Assembly: GCA_002716355.1 (NCBI GenBank)
Contig: PBAU01000009.1
Span: 1-32,000 of the forward strand
Length of the DNA stretch: 32,000 nucleotides
Reading direction: 5' to 3'
Origin: a bacterium
Lineage (GTDB): Bacteria; UBP7; UBA6624
Position 1 is the stretch's first letter, and each line of letters opens with the position of its first letter. Positions 8,812 to 16,906 of the stretch are shown piece after piece. A program made the position numbers and the translations under genes. Under the pieces are notes generated by a model. It did not search any database and was not told the origin of the DNA. It saw nothing but the letters and a program-made list of their open reading frames with translations.

Positions 8812-9311
8812 ATTTAAAAAAAATACCTAAAGATATTGCTTTTTTGACCAAAGCTTGCATGCCGGTTAGAAAGAGGATCAAAAACAATGTGATTGCAAAA
8901 ATGAAATGTATCCTGGTTGAAAATGACGGTGTGGGGCTTGCAGCTCCTCAGGTCGGACTTGACTCTAGATTGATTTTATGTAAGGAGAGTCCTGAATCAG
9001 AAAACATTCATGTAATGTTGAATCCGGTAATAGAAGAAAAAGAAGGCTTGGAGATTGATGCTGAAGGTTGCTTGTCTATTCCTGATTTAGCAGTCGATGT
9101 TCCAAGGCAAACAAGGATTAAGGTAACTTACAGTGACGAAAATTTAAATGAAAAAAATATAGTTGCTGAAGGTTATTTTGCTAGAGTCTTACAGCATGAA
9201 ATCGATCATTTAGACGGAATATTAATTATCGATAGAGGCTTGGATAATGGTTTTTTTTACAAAGGTAAACAGCTATCTAAAAACGAGGTTGATAAGAAAT
9301 TTTTAAAATAG
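8808..9311 (+). CDS. def: Peptide deformylase
   Basis: All three signature motifs are present: 'GVGLAAPQVG', 'EGCLSIP' and 'HEIDHLDG'. Confidence 0.95.
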   Translation: MNLKKIPKDIAFLTKACMPVRKRIKNNVIAKMKCILVENDGVGLAAPQVGLDSRLILCKESPESENIHVMLNPVIEEKEGLEIDAEGCLSIPDLAVDVPRQTRIKVTYSDENLNEKNIVAEGYFARVLQHEIDHLDGILIIDRGLDNGFFYKGKQLSKNEVDKKFLK

Positions 9312-9337
9312 GTTTTGCTGGATCTGACAATCTTGCC

Positions 9338-10180
9338 GTGCAGGTTTTGAAGAGTTTGGATATTGATCCTGATTGGATACTAACTAAACCAGATTCAAAA
9401 AGCGGTAGAGGTTTAAAGGTGAATAGTAACCCTGTTATGGATTATGCCATAAGTCAAAATTATAAATACTATACCTCTGTGAAAAAAGTTACAAATGTCG
9501 ATTTATTGTTAGTTGTTTCTTACGGTAATATCATCCCTGATCAAATGTTGGATTATAAATTTGGATGTTTAAATCTCCATCCTTCTTTTCTTCCAAGGTA
9601 TAGAGGTGCAACACCTATACAGAGAGCAATCATGTCAGGGGACAAGAAAGTCGGTGTTTCATGGATCAAATTGACAAGTAATCTTGATGCTGGGCCTATA
9701 TTGTGTCAAGCTGAAGTTTTAGTTGATTATCAAGATAAAAATGAAAATTATGATTCTGTAAAAACCAAAATTGCTAAATCAGGTAGTGTTTTAATCAACA
9801 AGCATTTAAATGAATATGTTAATTCAGAATTAAAATTAAAAGAGCAATCTGGAAAGATAACTTGGGCTAATCGAATCACAAAAGAGGAAAGGGTGGTTGA
9901 TTTAAAAAAAAATGCAAAGCAATGTAATAATTTAATCAAAGCTTTAGACCCTTATCCAGGCGCTAGGTGCAGGTTTGAGCATGAATGGGTTACATTTAAA
10001 AAAAGTTCTTTCTCTATGGTCCAAGATATCAACCCTGGTGAAGTTGCGCTAGAGGGAGATTCATTAGTTGTAGGAACTTCAGAAGGTGTTTTATTGGTTG
10101 ATGTTATCACCCCCCAAGGAAAAAGACCCATGTCGGGAAAGGATTTTTTAAATAGTAGGCCCAATGCAAAATTTAGCTGA
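9338..10180 (+). CDS. fmt: Methionyl-tRNA formyltransferase. The conserved N-terminus appears to be encoded upstream of this first canonical start; see the finding at 9296-9340.
   Basis: 'KPDSKSGRGLKV', 'VVSYGNIIP' and 'LNLHPSFLPRYRGATPIQRAI' are Fmt motifs, and the gene follows def. The in-frame upstream codons read 'EIFKIGFAGSDNLA', which resembles the usual N-terminus. Confidence 0.85.
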   Translation: MQVLKSLDIDPDWILTKPDSKSGRGLKVNSNPVMDYAISQNYKYYTSVKKVTNVDLLLVVSYGNIIPDQMLDYKFGCLNLHPSFLPRYRGATPIQRAIMSGDKKVGVSWIKLTSNLDAGPILCQAEVLVDYQDKNENYDSVKTKIAKSGSVLINKHLNEYVNSELKLKEQSGKITWANRITKEERVVDLKKNAKQCNNLIKALDPYPGARCRFEHEWVTFKKSSFSMVQDINPGEVALEGDSLVVGTSEGVLLVDVITPQGKRPMSGKDFLNSRPNAKFS

Positions 10181-11903
10181 AGTTAAGATAATAAAAGAGC
10201 TCTTTAGGGAACATCAATTTAGATTTTATAAAGGTTTGCTTGCTGGTAAAAGGGTTTTCGTTTGGGCTGTAAGGAGCCCTGATTTTTCTTGGAGGTCTGC
10301 GGAAAAGAGTTTTCGCGAACTTTTAGATAAAAGCATTCCTAATATATTAACATTAAGACATTTTGCTTCTTACAGGGGAGAATATAGGTTTGTTATAGAT
10401 GGCATAAGTGAATTTAAAACTTTAAAATCATGGATTAATTCAAAGCCTTCTTATTCTGAAAAATTAAAAATTTGCTCTTCTGTCCTTCGTTCGTTAATGG
10501 GTCTTCACAGTCAGGGTTTTACTCATTGTTGGATTAATGAAGATTCATTTATTGTCGATTCCGAAGGCAATGCACGCATGATTGATTTTCCAATTAAGAA
10601 TATGTATTATTCTTCAGTTTTAAAAAAAGATCAAATAAAAAATGATAGCTTATTTGGTTTGCCTCCAGGAGACAAAATTGGACAAAAGATATTTGACACA
10701 AAAAATATTGCACTTTTAATTATAAGAATTTTGACTGGATCCGTCCCTCCTTTAATTGGCGGAAAATTTTTGCTTCCAAGGAGTTTGAATCGTGATTTTT
10801 CTGGTTCCTTGAAGAGAATATTAAATGAAAATAGTGAGGATGTTTTGCAAAGCATTCCTGTTCTTATTGGCAGGATTGAAATGATGAACGAAGAAGAAGA
10901 CTCTTTGAAAAAAGGAAGTTTGTTTAATTATTTTTCTATTTTTAGCCGTAAGTATTTAGAACCTTTTTCTCGTATATTGTTGACTATAGCAAGCATATGG
11001 GCTTCTTTTGAGATTCTTTATTTACTCGGTTTCAGTCAGATTGATTCAAGGATTCCAAATGTAATTGGTCAAACTGAATCAATTGGTTTTTCAAAATTAA
11101 AATCAAAAGGATTTGATGTTAATGTAGTTGGTTTTGAGGATAAAAGTAATTTTGATAAAGGTTTAATTGCGCGCACAGACCCAACAGTGGGATCAAGTTT
11201 AAAAAAGGGTCAATTGGTTAATGTTTGGATAAGTTCAGGTTATTTTGAAAATATCATTCCAGATTTTATTGATTTCAATTTCAATGATTATGTTTCTGAG
11301 TTGATTAAGAGCAATATATGGCCATCAAGAATTAAAAGCATTCAAAGCAGTCAGAATTTAGATTGGGAAATAGCATCTTTGGATCCAGCTCCTGGATCGA
11401 AATTAAAACAAGGTGATGACATTGTTTTGAACATTTATTTTCTAGAAGATACTAGCTTGTTTAAATTTCCAGATTTTAAAAATTTAAATATAAGTAATTC
11501 TTTGCAGCTGCTTAAGGGTGAAAATTTTGAAATTAATGGAGCTGTTAGGACAAAGCGTTACCTTGAAGATGATATCAATCAGCAAAAAATAATATATCAA
11601 TTTCCAGAACATCAAAATATGTTGCCCACACTTTTAGATAACGATCTTTTGTTCATCGTCAAAGAGTCTAAAAATTGGAGTTTTGACATGGGTGAATTGC
11701 CCCCTTGGGTCAATGATGGAGGTATTGAAATCGTTGTAAAATATGGTTCTGAAATGGAAATTTGGAATGAGGTGATAACAAGAGGTCTAAAAAAGGTTTC
11801 TTTTCAAGCAAGAATGAATAATATATTATCGGATAACAAAAAACCAGTTTCCATCATTATTAGCCAGGATGGCAAATTGGCTTGGAGCTCTCAATTTGAA
11901 TGA
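10164..11903 (+). CDS. Membrane-anchored PASTA-domain protein with a degenerate (probably inactive) Ser/Thr kinase-like N-terminal domain
   Basis: Kinase-like blocks 'GKRVFVWAVR', 'LHSQGFTHCWINEDSFIV' and 'ARMIDFP'. A TM segment lies at 'ILLTIASIWASFEILYLLGF'. At least two PASTA-like repeats follow: 'IPNVIGQTESIGFSKLKSKGFDVNVVG...GQLVNVWISSG' and 'IPDFIDFNFNDYVSELI...GDDIVLNIY'. Confidence 0.65.
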   Translation: MQNLAEVKIIKELFREHQFRFYKGLLAGKRVFVWAVRSPDFSWRSAEKSFRELLDKSIPNILTLRHFASYRGEYRFVIDGISEFKTLKSWINSKPSYSEKLKICSSVLRSLMGLHSQGFTHCWINEDSFIVDSEGNARMIDFPIKNMYYSSVLKKDQIKNDSLFGLPPGDKIGQKIFDTKNIALLIIRILTGSVPPLIGGKFLLPRSLNRDFSGSLKRILNENSEDVLQSIPVLIGRIEMMNEEEDSLKKGSLFNYFSIFSRKYLEPFSRILLTIASIWASFEILYLLGFSQIDSRIPNVIGQTESIGFSKLKSKGFDVNVVGFEDKSNFDKGLIARTDPTVGSSLKKGQLVNVWISSGYFENIIPDFIDFNFNDYVSELIKSNIWPSRIKSIQSSQNLDWEIASLDPAPGSKLKQGDDIVLNIYFLEDTSLFKFPDFKNLNISNSLQLLKGENFEINGAVRTKRYLEDDINQQKIIYQFPEHQNMLPTLLDNDLLFIVKESKNWSFDMGELPPWVNDGGIEIVVKYGSEMEIWNEVITRGLKKVSFQARMNNILSDNKKPVSIIISQDGKLAWSSQFE

Positions 11904-12550
11904 AAATAGCACCTTCGATTTTAGGCTGTAGTTATTTGAATTTAGGTGAGCAGGTTCTTTCTGCAATTGAAGGTGGTGCTGAATGGATTCATGTTGATGT
12001 AATGGATGGAAATTTTGTGCCAAATATCAGCATTGGGATTCCAATTGTTGAATCTTTAAGTAATATTGATTGTTTTCAAGATGTTCATCTAATGATCAAC
12101 TCCCCAGGTAAATATATTCAGAAATTTATTGATGCTGGAGCTAATGCAGTTTCTTTTCATTATGAGGCAACAAAAAATATTGAGGATAATTTAAATTTGA
12201 TATCTTCAAATTCATGCCTTGCGGGCTTGGCAATCAATCCTGACACTGAGTTGAATGTGCTTTATCCATATTTAAATAAGGTTGACTATATTGTAATGAT
12301 GTCAGTTTTCCCCGGATTTGGTGGGCAGAAATTTATCAATTCAACACCAGATAGGATTTCTCAATTGAGTTTATATAGAAAAGAAAAAGGCTTAAAGTTT
12401 GAAATTCAAGTTGATGGTGGCGTCACTCGAGATAATGCAAAAATGTTACATCATGCTGGAGCAGACATACTTGTTTCTGGTTCAGGTGTTTTTAACGATT
12501 GTTATTCTCCTGCTGATTCTGTCTTAAAGATAAAGAAGGAATGTTCATGA
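11900..12550 (+). CDS. rpe: Ribulose-phosphate 3-epimerase
   Basis: 'KIAPSILGCSY', 'IHVDVMDGNFVPNISIG', 'VMMSVFPGFGGQKF' and 'IQVDGGV' are Rpe motifs. Confidence 0.92.
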   Translation: MKIAPSILGCSYLNLGEQVLSAIEGGAEWIHVDVMDGNFVPNISIGIPIVESLSNIDCFQDVHLMINSPGKYIQKFIDAGANAVSFHYEATKNIEDNLNLISSNSCLAGLAINPDTELNVLYPYLNKVDYIVMMSVFPGFGGQKFINSTPDRISQLSLYRKEKGLKFEIQVDGGVTRDNAKMLHHAGADILVSGSGVFNDCYSPADSVLKIKKECS

Positions 12551-13677
12551 AGAATTTTACTAGTGAATCTGTTACAGAGGGGCATCCCGATAAGCTTGCT
12601 GATAAAATTTCAGATAGTTTTTTAGATTTAACTTTATCTTTGGCAGGTGATAAGAAAGATGTAAAGGCAGCTATTGAAACAATGCTTACGGGAAGCAAGG
12701 TTGTTGTTGCTGGCGAAATTTCTCGTCATCTTGTGGATGATGTCAAAAAACAGTCTGAAAAAATAGTTCATAATGTTTTAAATGAAGTTGGTTACACGAA
12801 AGATTCTTTGCAAAAAAATATTATTGATATTGAGATTGTTGATGAGCTGAAGCCTCAGTCCTCTGAGCTTGCAAGGGCTCATGAGGAAAGTGATGATGGA
12901 AGTGAGCTTTCAGGTGATCAGGGCATGATGCATGGTTTTGCTTGTTTACAAACACCTGTGCTTATGCCTGCTGCTATATCATGGGCGCATGATTTGGCAA
13001 AAAGGTTAACAGAGGTTCGCAAAAATAAAACTTTACCTTATTTAAGGCCTGATGGAAAAAGTCAAGTTACTGTCTCTTATAGAAACAAAAAACCATTTGT
13101 TCATTCAGTTGTCTTAAGCACACAGCACGATGAAAGTGTTTCATTAGGAGATTTAAGAGAAGATCTAAAAGAGAAAGTTGTAGTTGATGTTTTAGGTGAT
13201 TTTTTGACAAATCAAAGTAAATTTTATATACAGACATCTGGAACATGGCATGAAGGTGGTCCTATTGTTGACACCGGATTAACTGGTAGAAAAATAACAG
13301 TAGATACCTATGGGGGGTATATACCAAATGGTGGTGGAGCTTTTAGTGGCAAAGATCCAAGCAAGGTTGATCGTTCAGGTGCTTATTACGCTAGATTTGC
13401 TGCAATTCAAGCTTTGAAGGAATTTAAGAATCAAGGTGTCTCTGAAGTTGAGATTCAAGTAGCGTATGCTATTCATAAACCAACACCTATTTCTGTAGAT
13501 GTGAAAACAGATCGATCTGATTTAGATCCTGAAATAGAGGATTATGTAAAATCTTTGAGATGGGATTTAGCTTACATAAATCAAAAATTAGATTTGTGGA
13601 ATTGTCGATATGAGCCACTATCTTCCTATGGTCATTTCGGTCGAGAAGATTTGAATTTATCTTGGGAAGACTATTGA
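12541..13677 (+). CDS. metK: S-adenosylmethionine synthetase
   Basis: 'FTSESVTEGHPDKLADKISD', 'GDQGMMHGFA' and 'GGGAFSGKDPSKVDRSGAY' are MetK motifs. Confidence 0.95.
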   Translation: MFMKNFTSESVTEGHPDKLADKISDSFLDLTLSLAGDKKDVKAAIETMLTGSKVVVAGEISRHLVDDVKKQSEKIVHNVLNEVGYTKDSLQKNIIDIEIVDELKPQSSELARAHEESDDGSELSGDQGMMHGFACLQTPVLMPAAISWAHDLAKRLTEVRKNKTLPYLRPDGKSQVTVSYRNKKPFVHSVVLSTQHDESVSLGDLREDLKEKVVVDVLGDFLTNQSKFYIQTSGTWHEGGPIVDTGLTGRKITVDTYGGYIPNGGGAFSGKDPSKVDRSGAYYARFAAIQALKEFKNQGVSEVEIQVAYAIHKPTPISVDVKTDRSDLDPEIEDYVKSLRWDLAYINQKLDLWNCRYEPLSSYGHFGREDLNLSWEDY

Positions 13678-14792
13678 GTTCAGTAAGTAAAAAAATTAAT
13701 CTTGATGCTGTTTCTGGTATAGATGTTTTTCCAGAGGTTAAAGAAAGGATACTTTTGTCGCTTGGAAGACAAGCTCCAATAAATACATCCTCTAGACATC
13801 TAGCAGGACAAAATATTTCTGCAGTTTTGGATGGTTGTACTTCAACTGTGCTTCAATCTTTAGGTTCTGGTTTTAAAAATGGAATTTGGACAAGTTCGGC
13901 TACAGAGGCCCATCACCTTATTGCACATTCAATCAATCCCAGAAAGATCATTGTTCCAAGAGGTTCACGTTTAAGCTTAATTAATTCAGCTAAAATTATT
14001 TCCAAAAGATGTAAATGTGAAATTATTCAGCCAAAGTTTAATCCTTTGAATGGTTTTGATTTAGATGTTTTAAAAGATGTAAATGAAAAAGATGTTCTTT
14101 TTATGGATTCTTCTTTGGCTGAGATTGGTTTTGTTTACGACTTGAATTTTTTTAATTCTGTTTTGCAGGAAGCCAAAATTAAAGTTCTTATGGATGTTTC
14201 ATCTTCTTTTGGCTGGAGAGAATTAAAAGATAAACTGTTTTTTTCAGATTGGGTTACTTGTTCTTTTTATAGGTTTGGAGGACCTGCTGGTGTTGGTTTT
14301 TTAGCCTCAAAAATCGATGACATGAAACCTTTGTTTCATGGTGTTGAGCAAGAAGGTTTAAGAGGTGGGAACATTCCTTTAAGCTTGATAGAAGGCGCTG
14401 CTTATTCGATGGAATTCTTTAAAGGGAGATTTTTGAAAGCCACATTATCAGGCTGGAAGGAAACGGTTTGCAAGTTAGCAACCTTTATTGAAAATGAATT
14501 TAAAACTAACCAGTTTAAATTTGACAACCATTTGCCTCATGTTATTTCATCACATGTTAAAAATGTTGATCTTGATGCTTTCAGGATGAACCTTTCTGTT
14601 GAAGGTGTTTTTATTGGCACAGGCCCAGCTTGTGTGTCTGGAGCAGGAAAAAAAAGTCAAATTTTGGAAGATATGAATATTAATGATGGTCAAAATTTAT
14701 TAATTTCTCCTGATCTGAATTTAAAAGATCGAGATCTAGAAAACCTATATGAAAAATTAATCAAAGCTTGGTTTGATGCAAAAATAAAATGA
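13662..14792 (+). CDS. IscS/NifS-like class V aminotransferase-fold protein with the PLP-binding Lys apparently replaced by Arg
   Basis: 'WTSSATEAHH', 'LMDVSSSFG', 'CSFYRFGGPAGVGFL' (compare the canonical 'S..HK..GP.G.G.L'), 'GLRGGNIP' and the Cys loop 'GTGPACVSG'. The start is TTG at 13662 or 13674. Confidence 0.65.
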   Translation: MGRLLSSVSKKINLDAVSGIDVFPEVKERILLSLGRQAPINTSSRHLAGQNISAVLDGCTSTVLQSLGSGFKNGIWTSSATEAHHLIAHSINPRKIIVPRGSRLSLINSAKIISKRCKCEIIQPKFNPLNGFDLDVLKDVNEKDVLFMDSSLAEIGFVYDLNFFNSVLQEAKIKVLMDVSSSFGWRELKDKLFFSDWVTCSFYRFGGPAGVGFLASKIDDMKPLFHGVEQEGLRGGNIPLSLIEGAAYSMEFFKGRFLKATLSGWKETVCKLATFIENEFKTNQFKFDNHLPHVISSHVKNVDLDAFRMNLSVEGVFIGTGPACVSGAGKKSQILEDMNINDGQNLLISPDLNLKDRDLENLYEKLIKAWFDAKIK

Positions 14793-15040
14793 CAATTCCA
14801 ATACACATACACAAATTGGACACAAGAGGGTTTCTTTGTCCTATACCTATTATTAAATTAAAAAAACTTGTTGATGGTTTAGATATAGAAGATGGCGGAA
14901 AACAGATAATTAAACTTTATTCTGATGATCCTGTTTCGGATGTTGATGTACGAGCATGGTGCTTGGATAATGGCCAAGAGCTTGGAGGTTTGGAAAAAAA
15001 GGGAAAGGATTTTATTTTTAAGATAATAGTGAGAATTTGA
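14789..15040 (+). CDS. TusA/SirA-family sulfur-carrier protein
   Basis: 'LDTRGFLCPIPIIKLKKL' matches the TusA active-site motif (D.rG..CP.P), and 'YSDDPVSDVDVRAWC' is also TusA-like. The 83-aa ORF overlaps the IscS-like stop by 4 nt. Confidence 0.75.
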   Translation: MTIPIHIHKLDTRGFLCPIPIIKLKKLVDGLDIEDGGKQIIKLYSDDPVSDVDVRAWCLDNGQELGGLEKKGKDFIFKIIVRI

Positions 15041-15120
15041 TGAAACTTTCCTTCTTTTAGATTAGTATAGTACTTAACACTTCGGTCAAATGAGGGCTAG
15101 GCCAAGTGTTTTACCTAGTT

Positions 15121-16131
15121 TTACCTGGGTGGGGAGAGCCTTCGGCTCTCCCTTTTTTTATTATTGATTTTCAAAACCGAAATGATTCCTATAGGAAAAC
15201 CAACCCAAAGTGTTGTCAGTCTAGTTAGAAAGGTTCCACTGTTTGCAACTTCTTCTTCAAAGCCTGACAGCATTAGAAGGTTTGTTAATGTTAATTCAGT
15301 TGCACCAAGGCCTCCAGGTATGAATGACAATGCGCCAGCTAGCATTGAGGTTGAGTAAAACCTAGTGAGAGCTGTTATTTTTTCAATTAATGAAACATCT
15401 GTGTTGCTATTTTGAAATATTGAAAAATTGGGAAATATTGCTTCCAAGCATAAAAAACATGTTATCCCTTCTAAAACCCATGCAAACCAGCCCCACAATA
15501 AAAGCTGAGGGATATTTTTTTTTAACAGCTTTAGTGTTTCTAGAAAGGTCTTAACGAATTCCTTTCTTTCTTTTTTAGGTACTGACTTGGAAGCAATTTT
15601 GTTTACTAGTGATTTGGCAATAATGTATAAAAGCAGCATTGTAATCACTCCAAAAATCCATGATATTAAAATTAGTTCTATTGAGTTTTGATAAAGATAT
15701 TGTTTATTTTTTAAAACCATGTAAATAAAAATAGGAAAGCACAACATTGTTACACCAGCAACATCACTTGTTCTTTCTATCCAAATGATAGGCAAACTTT
15801 TTCTTGCAGGTATTTTTGTTAAATCGTATAAATGCAGGCTTTTTGCAATTTCACCAATTTTTCCTGGTGTAAATGTGTAAAAAAAACCTGAAAAAAAAGA
15901 TAAAAATGATTTTGAAATTTTGATATTTTCCCCACTTTTATTTAAAAGCCAATGCCACCTTAAGGCTCTTAAGATATAGTTCAGAAAAGCAAAAAAAATA
16001 CCAAATAAAATAAGGTTTATATTGAAGGTTTCAATTTGTTGAATGTTTTTTAAATCTGAATTAAAAATCCAAACACCATATAGTGTTATAGCTATTGCAG
16101 TACATTTCCAGACTAGTTTAATTTTATTCAT
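15121..16131 (-). CDS. Multi-pass membrane protein, UPF0104 / lysylphosphatidylglycerol-synthase-TM ('flippase-like') family, tentative
   Basis: Multiple hydrophobic segments and an 'LRALRWHWLL' motif typical of that family. I prefer ATG 16131 ('MNKIKLVW'), which overlaps the upstream stop by 8 nt, over the track start at 16212, which overlaps by 89 nt. Confidence 0.55.
   Translation of the reverse strand: MNKIKLVWKCTAIAITLYGVWIFNSDLKNIQQIETFNINLILFGIFFAFLNYILRALRWHWLLNKSGENIKISKSFLSFFSGFFYTFTPGKIGEIAKSLHLYDLTKIPARKSLPIIWIERTSDVAGVTMLCFPIFIYMVLKNKQYLYQNSIELILISWIFGVITMLLLYIIAKSLVNKIASKSVPKKERKEFVKTFLETLKLLKKNIPQLLLWGWFAWVLEGITCFLCLEAIFPNFSIFQNSNTDVSLIEKITALTRFYSTSMLAGALSFIPGGLGATELTLTNLLMLSGFEEEVANSGTFLTRLTTLWVGFPIGIISVLKINNKKRESRRLSPPR
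15131..15160 (+). terminator. Rho-independent terminator after the tusA-like gene
   Basis: GC-rich hairpin 'gggagagcc-ttc-ggctctccc' at 15132-15152, followed by T7 at 15153-15159. It lies inside the last codons of the convergent membrane-protein gene, whose tail 'ESRRLSPPR' is encoded by the hairpin. Confidence 0.8.
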
Positions 16132-16900
16132 ATATTGCGTATGCAATCCTTGAACCTTGACCATGAGACCATCTTGTTGGCTCTGGTAGCTTGGGATGTT
16201 TTTCGTATTCAACCTTTATAACAACTTTTCTCGATATTTTTAGAGATCTTTTTATTGTGTTTTCGGTTGGCCAGCTTTTTAATGCAACTTCGCGCAAAGG
16301 CATCATATCGTCAGATTTGAATTGGGGTTTTACAAACATTGGAGAAAAACAAACAGCATCAAAATTATCTTTTGAATTTTTAATATATGTTTCATTGTCA
16401 ATGCATTTTGTTTTTATGTTCAAGGCAGCCTTTCTTATGAATTTAGGGTATTCTTTATTTTTATTAGTTTTTTTTAGCCCCTCAGAAGTTATAAGATGTA
16501 TAAATTTATCTTTCTCAAGGCCAATCACATTCGCTCCACATGATGCAAGCACCAAGGCATCATGAGCCATCCCAAGGTTAGCATCAAGTATTTTCATTCC
16601 TTTTTTTGGCTTTACGCTCCTGTAAAGGTGATCAGGAAGGTTGTTTTTCAGTGAGCCAATTCTAATTTTAGACAAGCCTGGATGCCAAAACCATATTTTT
16701 TGATTTGGAGTGTATGCTTTAAGACCCTGTTTTTTGTTTACTATCAATATTGGTGAATTGTTGTTTTGGGTTGAAATTTTTTTTAATGTTTTTTCTCTTC
16801 TCTCTTCATAAATGCAGTTTAAATTTTTCGCAATATTTTTTGCCTTGGATATTTCTTCTTCTTGCGGTTTTGTCTTGGTGGTTATGATCCATTTTTCCAT
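16124..16900 (-). CDS. Class I SAM-dependent methyltransferase, RsmJ-like (16S rRNA m2G methyltransferase family)
   Basis: 'ILDANLGMAHDALVLASCGANVIGLEK' and 'DAVCFSPMF' resemble the RsmJ pattern (DATAGLGRDAFVLAS.G..V...ER ... DPMFP). Confidence 0.6.
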   Translation of the reverse strand: MEKWIITTKTKPQEEEISKAKNIAKNLNCIYEERREKTLKKISTQNNNSPILIVNKKQGLKAYTPNQKIWFWHPGLSKIRIGSLKNNLPDHLYRSVKPKKGMKILDANLGMAHDALVLASCGANVIGLEKDKFIHLITSEGLKKTNKNKEYPKFIRKAALNIKTKCIDNETYIKNSKDNFDAVCFSPMFVKPQFKSDDMMPLREVALKSWPTENTIKRSLKISRKVVIKVEYEKHPKLPEPTRWSHGQGSRIAYAIYE

Positions 16901-16906
16901 TTTTAT

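Noticed and set aside
16132-16212. The N-terminal extensions proposed by the ORF track for several genes: the UPF0104 protein at 16212, miaA at 25194, the aminotransferase at 21373, rpoZ at 4618 and moaC at 17371
   Set aside because: Each extension overlaps the preceding or divergent gene by tens of nt and adds non-conserved residues. Internal ATGs that coincide with stop-start overlaps or an RBS give N-termini matching the family consensus.
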